From the NCBI GenBank assembly GCA_964544365.1, contig CAZJCW010000001.1, forward strand, positions 14,127-78,126: a DNA stretch of 64,000 nt. Reading direction: 5' to 3'. Source of the DNA: an uncultured Alsobacter sp. Its GTDB lineage: Bacteria; Pseudomonadota; Alphaproteobacteria; Rhizobiales; Beijerinckiaceae. Both the position numbers and the translations under genes were made by a program. Under the pieces are notes generated by a model. It ran no database searches and had not been told where the DNA came from. It saw only the letters and a list, made by a program, of their open reading frames with translations. This document shows positions 27,331 to 38,677 of this stretch, piece after piece; position 1 is the stretch's first letter; every line of letters begins with the position of its first letter.

Positions 27331-27503
27331 GCAGTGATTGACGCCTGATCTGGGGATGACGTCGTGACGGTAGGGTCGCAGACAGTCCGCGAGGCCGATG
27401 ACGCCGGAGAACGGTCAGCCCGGTTGTGCGGCCTCGGCACCGGCATCGTCACTCTTCCACTTCGGCCTGCGGGGGCCCCAGGGTTCGATTTGCGGGTCCT
27501 GCC

Positions 27504-28709
27504 ATGCGGGTGACAGCGATCGAGACCATCCGCACGGACGCGCACGACAATCTGATCTGGGTCCGGATCGAGACGGACGAAGGTCACGTGGGCCTCGGCG
27601 AGACGTTCTTCGCTCCAGGCACCGTGGAGGCCCATATCCATGAGACCGTGGCGCCCCGTCTCCTCGGCGGCGACGCCACGCGCATCGAGCATTGGCATCG
27701 CCTCCTGATGCGCCATCCGGTCGGCTACGGATCGTCCGGTGCAGAAGTCCGTGCCGCTTCGGCCATCGACATCGCGCTGTGGGACCTGATGGGCCGCGCC
27801 ACGGGCCTTCCTCTGTGGCGGCTGCTTGGCGGCCTCGTTCGCGACGATGTCCGCGTCTACAACACGTGCGGCGGCCCGCTCTACGCGACAAGGTCCTCGG
27901 GCGAGGTCGAGCGCCGCTTCGGCATCGACCACGAAGCCGTCGAGCAACTCGACGATCTCAAGGCCTTCATGACCGCCCCCGTCCGGTTGGCCCGCGAACT
28001 GCTCGACGAGGGCATCACCGGCATGAAGATCTGGCCGTTCGATTTCGCCGCGTTCGCGAATGGCGGTACTGGCATTACGGCTGCACAGGTGGAGGAGGGG
28101 GTACGCCCGTTCCGCCTGATCCGCGAGGCATGTGGCGACGCCATGGATCTCATGGTCGAGTTGCACGGCTTGTGGGATATCGAGAGCGCGAAGCGGATCA
28201 TCGCCGCCGTCGAGCCATACCGTCCCATGTGGATCGAGGATCCGATCCACATGCACGACGCGGAAGGACTCGCGGAGTTGTCGCGCTTCACCCGGATCCC
28301 GATCTACGGCTCCGAAACCACCGCGACAAAGGAATCCTTCCGACGCCTTCTCGAGCAGCGGGCGATCTCGATCGTCTCCTTCGATGTGGGCTGGTCGGGC
28401 GGCATCACCGAGGCACGCAAGATCGCCGCGCTGGCCGACGCGTGGCAGGTACCGGTCGCGCCGCACGACTGCACGGGTCCTGTCGGCTACGTGGCTGGGG
28501 CTTGCATCGCGTTGACGAGCCCAAACACGCTCATTCAGGAGACCGTCCGCGCCTACACCCGCGGTTGGTATGCCGCGATCGCGACGTCTCTTCCGACCAT
28601 CGAGAAGGGAAGGCTCAAGCCGCTGCCGGGGCCTGGCCTCGGCTTCGAGCTTTCACCACATTTCCTGGCCGACGCCGGCACGCGTCGCCGCCGCTCAACC
28701 CTCGCCTGA
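27504..28709 (+). CDS. enolase-superfamily enzyme (mandelate racemase/dehydratase-like)
   Basis: ATG 27504. MRVTAIETIRTDAHDNLIWVRIETDEGHVGLGETF. It is a paralog of the gene at 58039..59238, with 33 of the first 55 residues identical by eye. Confidence 0.88.
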   Translation: MRVTAIETIRTDAHDNLIWVRIETDEGHVGLGETFFAPGTVEAHIHETVAPRLLGGDATRIEHWHRLLMRHPVGYGSSGAEVRAASAIDIALWDLMGRATGLPLWRLLGGLVRDDVRVYNTCGGPLYATRSSGEVERRFGIDHEAVEQLDDLKAFMTAPVRLARELLDEGITGMKIWPFDFAAFANGGTGITAAQVEEGVRPFRLIREACGDAMDLMVELHGLWDIESAKRIIAAVEPYRPMWIEDPIHMHDAEGLAELSRFTRIPIYGSETTATKESFRRLLEQRAISIVSFDVGWSGGITEARKIAALADAWQVPVAPHDCTGPVGYVAGACIALTSPNTLIQETVRAYTRGWYAAIATSLPTIEKGRLKPLPGPGLGFELSPHFLADAGTRRRRSTLA

Positions 28710-28722
28710 CCTGGAGATCGAC

Positions 28723-29382
28723 ATGGCACAGCGAAGTCTCGCCGACATCCGCTCCACCCTGTTCACGGCAGTCCTGTCGGACTGCCTCGACCAGGTTGGC
28801 GTCATGGACCAGGCGTTGCCCTCGGCCATCCGGCCGCTCGACGACAGGCTGGTCATGGTCGGGCGCGCGCGGACGGCAGCCTTCATGGAAGTCTATCACG
28901 TGCCGGAGGGCTCCAACCCATACGAGTTGGAGATCGCTCTCATCGACAGCCTTGCACCGGACGAGATCCCCGTCTTTGCATGCTCCAACCCGGCCCGCAT
29001 TGCGCCGTGGGGCGAACTGCTCAGCACCGCATCCAAGGTGAGGGGTTCGGCCGGCGCGCTGATGGACGGCTGCGTGCGTGACGTCAAGGCGATCCGCGCG
29101 ATGGATTTCCCGGTGTTTCACCAAGGCATCGCGCCGCTCGACTCGAAGGGCCGCGGCAAGATCATGGCTATCGACGTGCCGATCCGCTGCGGGGGCGTGC
29201 AAGTGTTTCCGGGCGATCTCGTGTTCGGCGACGCCGACGGCGTCGTCGTGATCCCGAAGGCGGTCGAGGCAAAGGTGCTCGACCTCGCATTCGAGAAGGT
29301 CACCGGCGAGCGAAACACGCTGCGCGATCTCCAGCGCGGCGACAAGCTCGCCGACGTCTTTGCCCGCTACGGCATCCTCTGA
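28723..29382 (+). CDS. RraA-family protein (RraA-like class II aldolase / oxaloacetate decarboxylase fold)
   Basis: ATG 28723 with GGAG upstream. Motif: WGELLSTASKVRGSAGALMDGCVRD...FGDADGVVVIP. Confidence 0.85.
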   Translation: MAQRSLADIRSTLFTAVLSDCLDQVGVMDQALPSAIRPLDDRLVMVGRARTAAFMEVYHVPEGSNPYELEIALIDSLAPDEIPVFACSNPARIAPWGELLSTASKVRGSAGALMDGCVRDVKAIRAMDFPVFHQGIAPLDSKGRGKIMAIDVPIRCGGVQVFPGDLVFGDADGVVVIPKAVEAKVLDLAFEKVTGERNTLRDLQRGDKLADVFARYGIL

Positions 29383-29402
29383 CGCGTTCCCGGAGATCCC
29401 CG

Positions 29403-30263
29403 ATGATCGTCGACTGCCACGTCAACGTCTACGACGACGACCAGATGCTCCCGCTCTATGCGGAGCTTGCCCGCCGCGCACGCCCCGGCGGGTTCCCGCT
29501 GAAGAGCAACTGCGAGGACGTCTTCGCGGCCATGCAGGATGTCGACAAGGCGATCATCTTCTCGCTTCGCTACAAGGACGCGATCGGAATTGATGGCGAC
29601 GACGAGGTCACCGCGCGGGCCGTGGCCAAGCATCCCGACAAGTTCATCGGTTTCGCCTGCATCGACCCGCGCATGCCCGACTGTATGGACCTGCTTGTCC
29701 ATGCCATCGAGGATCTCAAGCTCAAGGGCGTGAAGTTCGGGCCGATCTACAACGGCGTCTCTTTGCTCGATCCGCGACTCGAGCCGGTCTACGCCTACCT
29801 GCAGAAGAACAATCTGCCACTGACCATGCACATGGGGACCACGTACGGCACCAACGCGCCGATCCATTGCGGGCGGCCGCTGGACGTCGACACCATCGCG
29901 CATCGCTATCCGGACCTGAAGATGATCATGGCCCACATGGGCCACCCCTGGTACGAGGAATGCATCGTCGTTGCGCGCAAGAATCCGAATGTCTACTGCG
30001 AGGTTTCGGCTCTCTATTATCGGCCCTGGCAGTATTACAATATCCTGATCTGCGCGCAGGAGTACCTGATAACCGAATGGAACAAGATTTTCTTCGGGAC
30101 GGATTTCCCGTTCACCTCGGTTAAGGACTCCATCGAGGGCCTGCGCACGATCAATCAGCAGGTCGAGGGGACCAACCTTCCGCGCGTCGCCGAGACGACG
30201 ATCGAGCGTATCATTCACTCGAACCCCCTCGAACACTGGTGGCACGGCGGGTACCCGGGCTGA
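29403..30263 (+). CDS. amidohydrolase-2 family metal-dependent hydrolase (lactonase/decarboxylase type)
   Basis: MIVDCHVNVY (metal-binding N-terminus), MAHMGHPW, FGTDFPF. Confidence 0.82.
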   Translation: MIVDCHVNVYDDDQMLPLYAELARRARPGGFPLKSNCEDVFAAMQDVDKAIIFSLRYKDAIGIDGDDEVTARAVAKHPDKFIGFACIDPRMPDCMDLLVHAIEDLKLKGVKFGPIYNGVSLLDPRLEPVYAYLQKNNLPLTMHMGTTYGTNAPIHCGRPLDVDTIAHRYPDLKMIMAHMGHPWYEECIVVARKNPNVYCEVSALYYRPWQYYNILICAQEYLITEWNKIFFGTDFPFTSVKDSIEGLRTINQQVEGTNLPRVAETTIERIIHSNPLEHWWHGGYPG

Positions 30264-30318
30264 GGCGACGAACCGGGCGCGCCGGGTCCTTCCCGCGCGC
30301 CGAGCGAACGAGGCGACC

Positions 30319-32052
30319 ATGGCCGACGACGACGAGACGAAGAAGGACCTGCGCTCCAGCGAATGGTTCGCGCGCCAGGATTCCTACGGCTTCATCTACC
30401 GCTCGTGGATGAAGAACCAGGGCCACGCGCAGCGCATGTTTGATGGCCGGCCCGTCATCGGCATCTGCAACACCTGGTCGGACCTGACCCCCTGCAACGG
30501 GCACCTGCGCGGGCTCGCCGAACACGTGAAGCGCGGCGTCTACGAGGCCGGCGGCTTCCCGCTCGAATTCCCGGTGACGTCGCTCGGCGAGCCCGTCATG
30601 CGGCCCACCACCATGCTGTTCCGCAACCTGGCGAGCATGGACGTCGAGGCATCGATCCGGGCCAATCCGATGGACGGAGTGGTGCTTCTGGTTGGGTGCG
30701 ACAAGACCACGCCGGCGTGCCTGATGGGCGCGGCGAGTGTTGGCCTTCCCACCATCGTAGTCTCGGGCGGGCCCATGCTGTCGGGCCGCTGGGAGGGCCG
30801 GCAGATCGGCTCCGGCACCGACGTCATCCGCTTCAAGGAGGCGGTTCGCGCCGGCACGATGAGCGTGGAGCAGTTCATGGCGGCGGAAGCCGCCATGTCG
30901 CGCAGCGCAGGCTCCTGCATGACCATGGGCACCGCCTCGACCATGGCAAGCCTGTGCGAGGGCCTTGGCGTCTCGCTGCCGGATAACGGCGCGATCCCGG
31001 CAGTCGACAGTCGCAGGCAGGTGCTGGCCTTTGAATCCGGTCGGCGCGCCGTCGAGATGGTGCGCGAGAACCTGACACTCCCGAAGGTGCTGACGCGCGA
31101 CGCTTTCCATAACGCCATCGTGCTCAATGCGGCGCTCGGCGGTTCGACCAACGCCGTCGTTCACCTGCTTGCACTGGCCGGCCGCCTCGGCGTCGACCTG
31201 TCGCTCGACGATTGGGACCGCTGGGGCCGGGACGTGCCCTGCCTCGTCAACCTCATGCCGTCGGGCCAGTACCTGATGGAGGACTTCTACTACGCAGGCG
31301 GCGTGCCCGCGGTCCTCAACGAGTTGCGCCCGCGCCTCGTTGCGACGCAGGTCACGGTGACCGGGCGCTCCATGGGCGAGGCCAATGAGAGCGCCGCCAT
31401 CCATGACGCCAAGGTCATCCGCACGCTGGCCGAACCATTCAAGCCGCTTGGAGGGATAGCCGTGCTGCGAGGAAACCTCGCACCGGACGGAGCGGTGTTG
31501 AAACCGTCCGCGGCGTCGCCCGGCCTGCTTCGCCATCGTGGCCGGGCCGTGGTCTTCAAGGGGCCGGATGATCTGAAGAAGAGGATCGACGATCCCGACC
31601 TTCCGGTCGACGCTGACAGCGTGCTCGTGCTTCAGTATTGCGGTCCCAGGGGCTACCCGGGCATGGCCGAGATCGGCAATCTGCCGATCCCTCCCAAGCT
31701 CCTGCGACAGGGCGTCACTGACATGGTGCGCATCTCCGACGCCCGGATGAGCGGAACCGCTTACGGTACGGTGGTGCTGCACGTGGCGCCGGAGGCTGCG
31801 GCCGGCGGCCCGCTGGCGCTCGTCCGCGACGGCGACTGGGTGGAGCTGGACGTGCCAGGGCGTCGCCTGCATCTCGATGTACCGGACGCCGAACTGGAGC
31901 GCCGGCGCGGCGAACTGGCTCCTTTCGTGTCGCCGTACCAGCGCGGCTGGGAAAAGCTCTACGTCGAGCATGTGATGCAGGCGGACAAGGGTGTCGACCT
32001 CGACTTCCTTGTCGGGTCAAGCGGCCCCTACGTCGACAGGACGTCGCACTGA
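30319..32052 (+). CDS. IlvD/Edd-family dehydratase (aldonate/dihydroxy-acid dehydratase)
   Basis: 577 codons. Motifs: PVIGICNTWSDLTPCNGHL, LLVGCDKTTPACLMGAA, SDARMSGTAYG. Confidence 0.92.
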   Translation: MADDDETKKDLRSSEWFARQDSYGFIYRSWMKNQGHAQRMFDGRPVIGICNTWSDLTPCNGHLRGLAEHVKRGVYEAGGFPLEFPVTSLGEPVMRPTTMLFRNLASMDVEASIRANPMDGVVLLVGCDKTTPACLMGAASVGLPTIVVSGGPMLSGRWEGRQIGSGTDVIRFKEAVRAGTMSVEQFMAAEAAMSRSAGSCMTMGTASTMASLCEGLGVSLPDNGAIPAVDSRRQVLAFESGRRAVEMVRENLTLPKVLTRDAFHNAIVLNAALGGSTNAVVHLLALAGRLGVDLSLDDWDRWGRDVPCLVNLMPSGQYLMEDFYYAGGVPAVLNELRPRLVATQVTVTGRSMGEANESAAIHDAKVIRTLAEPFKPLGGIAVLRGNLAPDGAVLKPSAASPGLLRHRGRAVVFKGPDDLKKRIDDPDLPVDADSVLVLQYCGPRGYPGMAEIGNLPIPPKLLRQGVTDMVRISDARMSGTAYGTVVLHVAPEAAAGGPLALVRDGDWVELDVPGRRLHLDVPDAELERRRGELAPFVSPYQRGWEKLYVEHVMQADKGVDLDFLVGSSGPYVDRTSH

Positions 32053-33200
32053 TGACCGCGCTGCGCGACCGCGACAACGAGGAGAAGCGCGGACGCGCCA
32101 CCCTTCGCGATGTCGCGGCGCTGGCCGGAACGACGCCGATGACGGTATCCAACGTCGTCAACGGTCGGGCCGGACAAGTGGGCCCGGAAGTGGCTAAGCG
32201 CGTGCGTGCAGCGTGCGAACGGCTGGGTTACCGGCCGCACGCCAATGCGCGGCGTCTGCGGACGAACCGCCGCCAGGCGATCGGAGTGGTGATTGTCGAC
32301 CCGTCACCCTCCTACGTGTCGGACCCGCTGACGGCGGCCATGCTCGCCGGCCTCACCGCCAGCCTCGGCCGGGAGGGTTACAGCACGGTCCTGCATGGCG
32401 TCGCCCCTGCCGAACTCGACGATGCGCCGCTGCTGCGCCACATCGAGAGCGATGGCATCTGCCTCATGCTGTCGGGCACTCCAGCCAAGCGCCGCGCCAT
32501 CGTGGAGCGTGTGCGCGCGCTGGGCCAGCCACTGCTGCTGCTGCAGGACGATGTCGGCGATGCGATCAGCGACGCGGCCAGCATCGTGCAGGACGACCGC
32601 GGCGGCGCGGCGGCGCTGGCGACCCATCTGTTCGATCGCCCCGTGGCCCACGCGGTGATGCTTGTTCCCGAACAGCCCTGGCCCGCCATGGAGCGCCGCG
32701 AGGCGGGTATCCGGGGCGTCCTGCGCCGCCTCGACCATCCGACGGCGTTTTTCGTCCTGCGCTGCGGCGACGAGGGCTTCGAGCCGACGCAGGCTGCGCT
32801 CGCGGCCCACATCGTGCGCCATGGGGTTCCCGACGTGGTGATCGGCGGAAACGACCAGATGGCCATCGCCGGCATGAAGCTGCTGGCGGATCGCGGCCTG
32901 CGCGTCCCGCAGGATGTCCGCGTGTCGGGTTTCAATGGGCTCGACTTCTGGCGCTATGCCACGCCCGAACTCACCACCGTCTTCTCACCGGCCTACGCGC
33001 TGGGCGAGGCGGCGGCGGCGGCGATGCTTCAGCGCCTCAGCTTCGGCTCCTTCAGTTTTCGCCAGCAGGTCCTGCCTGTGCGCTTCGCCGCTCACGGCTC
33101 GACCCTGGTGTCCACCGACGCCGTTCCCGCAGGGCGGGACGGCAACGACCGAGTCGAAAGACCGGCAGCGACCTCGCGCAAAAGGGGACAATCACGATGA
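32052..33200 (+). CDS. LacI-family transcriptional regulator
   Basis: HTH ATLRDVAALAGTTPMTVSNVVNG...VRAACERLGYRPHANARRL plus a periplasmic-binding-protein-like core. The start shares 1 nt with the upstream stop (TGATG), and the stop overlaps the downstream start (ATGA). Confidence 0.92.
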   Translation: MTALRDRDNEEKRGRATLRDVAALAGTTPMTVSNVVNGRAGQVGPEVAKRVRAACERLGYRPHANARRLRTNRRQAIGVVIVDPSPSYVSDPLTAAMLAGLTASLGREGYSTVLHGVAPAELDDAPLLRHIESDGICLMLSGTPAKRRAIVERVRALGQPLLLLQDDVGDAISDAASIVQDDRGGAAALATHLFDRPVAHAVMLVPEQPWPAMERREAGIRGVLRRLDHPTAFFVLRCGDEGFEPTQAALAAHIVRHGVPDVVIGGNDQMAIAGMKLLADRGLRVPQDVRVSGFNGLDFWRYATPELTTVFSPAYALGEAAAAAMLQRLSFGSFSFRQQVLPVRFAAHGSTLVSTDAVPAGRDGNDRVERPAATSRKRGQSR

Positions 33201-34771
33201 TCACGATCAGGACCTTCGCCTCGCGGGCCGTCCTCGGCGGCCTCGCTGCGACACTCATGGCAGGAACAGCACTTGCTCAGGCGTCCCAGTGCGGACGCAA
33301 GGGCGGCGACCTCACCTTCGCCCTCGAGGCGCGGGTACCGGGGTTGGACCAGCACGCCTCGAACTCGTCGGCGACACGCAATGTCGCGATGAACATGTTC
33401 GAGACGCTCGTCACGCGCGACGAGAAGATGAACCCCGTGCTCGAGCTCGCCGAGAGCATGGACCAGAGCGCCGACGGACTCACTTACACGTTCAAGCTCC
33501 GCCAGGGCATCACCTTCCACAACGGGAAGACGATGACCTCCGCGGATGTCGCCGCATCGTTCCAGCGCTACTCCAAGATCGGCGTCGATCGCTCGATCCT
33601 GGAGCCGGTCGAAAAGTGGGAGACGCCGGATCCGAGCACCTTCGTGCTCAAGTTGAAGGAGGCGCGTCCCACCTTCATCGAGCAGCTCTCCGCGTTCACT
33701 GTCCCGGTGGTGATCATCCCCGCCGAGAATGCAGAGGCCGCGGCCCAGCAACTTCCGATCGTCGGCACTGGGCCATTCCAGCTCGAGGAGTTCAAGCCTG
33801 ACAGCCACGTCAAGCTGAAGCGCTTCGCAGGCTACAAGCCCGACACCCGCCATGCGGCTCCGTCCGGCTTCGGCGGGAACAAGGAAGCCTGCGTCGACAC
33901 GGTCACCTTCCGCATGATGACCGAACCGGCCGCCCGAACGGCGGCGCTGGAAGTGGGAGAGATCCACGGCGTGGAGGACGTGCCCGTCGCGTCACAGAAG
34001 CGGCTCGCCGGCAACAAGGACATCAAGCTGTCGCGGCTCGAACTGTTCACGATGAACGTGGCCTATCCCAACGCGTCGTTCCCGCCGACCGACAATCCCA
34101 AGGTGCGCCAGGCCATCCTTGCCGCCATGGACTTCGAGGAGATCATGGAGGCGGCCAGCGACGGCCAGTACAAGCTGAACAAGGGCTTCCAGTTCCCTGG
34201 CATGAACTACTACAGCGAGGCCGGTGCGGAAAACCTCAACCAGAAGAACAAGGAAAAGGCGAAGAAGCTCCTCGCCGAGGCCGGCTACAAGGGCGAGAAG
34301 GTGACGCTGCTCACCAACCGCGAATTTCCCTACATGTACAACACGTCGCTGGTGATGGCCGAGCAGCTCAAGGCGGCAGGCATCAACGCTGAACTTCTTG
34401 TGCTGGACTGGCCGGCGGCGCTGCAGAAGAGCATCAAGGAGACCGAGGGCTGGAACTTCTTCTACACCGGCTGGATCACCGTGATCGCACTCGGCGGTCC
34501 GCAGACGATGCGCCAGATGGCGGCGCCGTCCTTCGTGTGGAAGCCGAAGGAGCCGGATGCCGAGTTCCAGGCGGCCTTCCAGGTGCTGTCCTCGGGCAAG
34601 ACGCTCGACGAGCGCAAGGCGGCCTTCGCCAAGGCGCAGGCCCGAGCCCTGGACCAGGTTATGGCCATCCCCTTCGGCGCGATGCCGAAGACCCAGGCCG
34701 TGCGCGCAAACGTGGAAGGCTTCAAGGCCTACTACATCCCACGCATGTCGGGCGTGTGGATCAAGGGCTGA
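33197..34771 (+). CDS. ABC transporter substrate-binding protein, family 5
   Basis: ATG 33197. Signal peptide MITIRTFASRAVLGGLAATLMAGTALAQ. The track ORF starts at 32213 but overlaps the LacI gene out of frame. Confidence 0.88.
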   Translation: MITIRTFASRAVLGGLAATLMAGTALAQASQCGRKGGDLTFALEARVPGLDQHASNSSATRNVAMNMFETLVTRDEKMNPVLELAESMDQSADGLTYTFKLRQGITFHNGKTMTSADVAASFQRYSKIGVDRSILEPVEKWETPDPSTFVLKLKEARPTFIEQLSAFTVPVVIIPAENAEAAAQQLPIVGTGPFQLEEFKPDSHVKLKRFAGYKPDTRHAAPSGFGGNKEACVDTVTFRMMTEPAARTAALEVGEIHGVEDVPVASQKRLAGNKDIKLSRLELFTMNVAYPNASFPPTDNPKVRQAILAAMDFEEIMEAASDGQYKLNKGFQFPGMNYYSEAGAENLNQKNKEKAKKLLAEAGYKGEKVTLLTNREFPYMYNTSLVMAEQLKAAGINAELLVLDWPAALQKSIKETEGWNFFYTGWITVIALGGPQTMRQMAAPSFVWKPKEPDAEFQAAFQVLSSGKTLDERKAAFAKAQARALDQVMAIPFGAMPKTQAVRANVEGFKAYYIPRMSGVWIKG

Positions 34772-34826
34772 CGCGAACGAGGCGCGCCGGTTCCCCGGCG
34801 CGCCAATTGCTCCCGGACGAGGGCCG

Positions 34827-35780
34827 ATGGCTCGCTACGCGCTGAAGCGCCTTCTGCAGATGATCCCGCTGCTGCTCCTCGTGAGCCTCATCAGCTTCGG
34901 GCTCATCAAGCTCGTGCCCGGCGATCCGGCCGTGGTCATGGGCGGATCGAACGCGACGCCTGCCGAGATCGACGCCATCCGTCGCAACCTCGGCCTCGAC
35001 CAGCCGATGTGGCAGCAGCTGCTGTCCTTCTACGCCAATCTCGCTCGCGGCGATCTCGGCCGCTCTCTTCTTCTGGGACAGCCGGTGGCGGAAGCGCTGA
35101 TCGAGCGGGCGCCGGTCACCCTGTGGATCTCGCTGTATTCGCTCATCCTGACGGTCGTTGTGGGAATGGCGACCGGGATCGTCGCCGCGCTGCGCCACAA
35201 CACCTGGGTCGACCAGGTCGTCTCGGTCGTTGCCCTCGTCGGCGTTTCGTTGCCGAACTTCTGGCTCGGGCTGATGATGATCGTGCTTTTCTCCGTCTGG
35301 CTCGGTTGGCTGCCCACGGGCGGCTACGTCGCGCCGTCCGCGGACGTCGTCGGCTTCCTCAGGACGGCGACGATGCCGGCGCTCGCGCTGGCCTTCCTGC
35401 AGATCGGCCTCCTGACGCGCATCACGCGCTCGACGATGCTCGACGTGCTCGGCCAGGATTATATCCGCACGGCCCGCGCCAAGGGATTGCCCGAGACCAC
35501 GGTGGTGCTGAAGCACGCGCTGGCCAACGTCATGATCCCCGTGATCACGGTCATCGGCCTCATCCTGTCCGTGCTGCTGTCCGGCTCGATCATCGTCGAG
35601 ACGATCTTCAGCGTGCCGGGCATTGGCTCGCTGCTCGGAAATGCGATTCTTCGGCGCGACTACCCGATGATCCAGGGAGGGCTGCTGTTCGTTGCTGCGG
35701 GGCTCATGCTCCTCAATCTCGTCGTCGACGTTCTCTATGGCGTGTTCGATCCCCGGGTCCGTGTCGATGGCCGCGGCTGA
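34827..35780 (+). CDS. ABC transporter permease (DppB-like)
   Basis: ATG 34827. MARYALKRLLQMIPLLLLVSLISFGLIKLVPGDPA ... YIRTARAKGLPE ... DVLYGVFDPR. Confidence 0.9.
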   Translation: MARYALKRLLQMIPLLLLVSLISFGLIKLVPGDPAVVMGGSNATPAEIDAIRRNLGLDQPMWQQLLSFYANLARGDLGRSLLLGQPVAEALIERAPVTLWISLYSLILTVVVGMATGIVAALRHNTWVDQVVSVVALVGVSLPNFWLGLMMIVLFSVWLGWLPTGGYVAPSADVVGFLRTATMPALALAFLQIGLLTRITRSTMLDVLGQDYIRTARAKGLPETTVVLKHALANVMIPVITVIGLILSVLLSGSIIVETIFSVPGIGSLLGNAILRRDYPMIQGGLLFVAAGLMLLNLVVDVLYGVFDPRVRVDGRG

Positions 35781-36656
35781 TCTCGCTCCGCCGCACAGAC
35801 CTGGTCTCCTGTCGAGGCTTCCGCCGGGGCGCACAATGCGCCGACTGCTGCGCAACCGCGCTTTCGTCACAGGGGCGGTCCTGTTCGGGTTCGTCGTCGT
35901 CGTGACGCTTCTGGCGCCATGGATCTCGCCGTCGGATCCCAACCGCATGGCAATCCGGTTCCGTTTCCGCGAACCGTCGTGGGACTTCCCGTTCGGAACC
36001 GACAACCTGGGCCGCAACATGGTGAGCCGGGTGCTGTGGGGCGGTCGCCTGAGCCTTGAGATCGGTGCGTGGGTCGTTGCCCTGAATGCGGTGTTCGGCG
36101 TGATGCTGGGCGCGGCCTCGGGCTACTTCCGACGGCTCGATGGGCCGCTGATGCGCTTCTCCGATGCCCTGATGGCCTTTCCCTCCGTCCTGCTGGCGAT
36201 CGGAATCGCTGCGGCGCTCGGTCCCTCGGTCACCACCGTCGTGGTCGCGCTTGCGGTCGTCTACATCCCGCGCACCGCGCGCGTGCTGCGTGCCTCTGTC
36301 CTGGTGGTGCGCGAGCAGGACTATGTGCAGGCCTCACGCGCCTGCGGGGCGGGGGACTTGCGGATCCTACTGCGTCACGTGCTGCCGAATTGCATGGCGC
36401 CATTGATCGTCCAGCTCAGCTTCGTCTTCGCCTACGCCGTTCTCTCCGAAGCGGTGCTCAGTTTCCTCGGGCTCGGCGCGCCGCCGACGACGCCGAGCTG
36501 GGGCATCCTGATTGCCGAAGGGAGGGGTTACATCCGCGAGGCGGCGTGGCTCACGGCGATCCCGGGCGGTGCGATCGCAGTCACGGTCCTCGGCCTGAAC
36601 CTCTTGGGTGACGGGCTGCGCGACGTGCTGGACCCCCGACTGAAGGTGGACGCACG

Positions 36657-36660
<4 letters not shown>
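35767..36660 (+). CDS. ABC transporter permease (DppC-like)
   Basis: ATG 35767 overlaps the upstream stop by 14 nt; ATG 35836 is an alternative. Motifs: YIPRTARVLRASVLVVREQDYVQASRACGAG and LGDGLRDVLDPR. Confidence 0.88.
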
Positions 36661-37663
<1,003 letters not shown>

Positions 37664-37667
<4 letters not shown>

Positions 37668-38665
37668 GCGCGCTTGAACCCCTGCTGCAGGTGAGCGGCC
37701 TCACCAAGCACTTCCCTGTGCGGGAAGGACTGCTTGTCGAGCGCGAGGTGGGCCGTGTGCGCGCCGTCGATGACGTCTCCTTCACGATCGGGCACGGCGA
37801 GACGCTCGGCCTCGTCGGCGAATCCGGCTGCGGCAAGTCCACGACCGGTCGTCTCGTATTGCGGTTGATCGAGGCCACCGCCGGCCGCGTTGTGTTCGAT
37901 GGCCGCGACGTCCTCGACATGCCCCCAGCCGAACTGAGAGCGCTGCGGCAATCCATGCAGATTGTCTTCCAGGATCCGTATGGTGCCCTGGATCCTCGCA
38001 TGACGGTGGAGGACATCATCCTCGAACCGCTCGTCGTGCAGGGTGGGCGAAGCCGACCAGAACTGGCGCGCGAAGCGCGCCGATTGCTCGACGTCGTCGG
38101 CCTTGCGGCGGCCCATGCCGGCCGGTATCCGCACGAATTCTCCGGTGGCCAGCGCCAGCGGATCGGTATCGCCCGCGCCATCGCGCCGAAGCCGCGGTTC
38201 GTCGTTTGCGACGAGGCAGTCTCCGCGCTCGACGTGTCCATCCAGGCACAGATCGTCAACCTGCTGCAGGATCTCCAGCAGGAAATGGGTCTTTCCTACC
38301 TTTTCATCGCGCACGACCTCGCGGTGGTGAAGCACATCAGCGACCGTGTCGCCGTGATGTATCTCGGCCATCTCGTGGAGGTCGCGCCGAAGCGCGATCT
38401 CTACGGCGACCCACGGCATCCCTACACGCAGGCCCTGCTGGAGGCGGTGCCGGTACGTCATCCGCGCCTTCGCCGAAAGCGGACCCGCCTGACAGGAGAG
38501 ATCCCGAGTCCCTTTGCACCGCCGCCCGGATGTCGCTTCCATCGCCGCTGTCCGCACGCGCAGCCCGTATGCTCGAACGAACGACCCCTGTTGCGCGAGA
38601 TCATGCCGGGCCACAGCGTCGCCTGCCACTTCGCCGAAACCACCGGACAACACCCTGTCGCCTGA
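37664..38665 (+). CDS. ABC transporter ATP-binding protein (DppF-like)
   Basis: ATGA overlap at 37664. Motifs: [49 protein letters not shown]. Confidence 0.92.
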
Positions 38666-38677
38666 GGAGGGCGCGTC

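Noticed and set aside
30211-31971. 586-codon minus-strand ORF
   Set aside because: It is antisense to the IlvD/Edd dehydratase gene, which has unmistakable family motifs. This is a shadow ORF.
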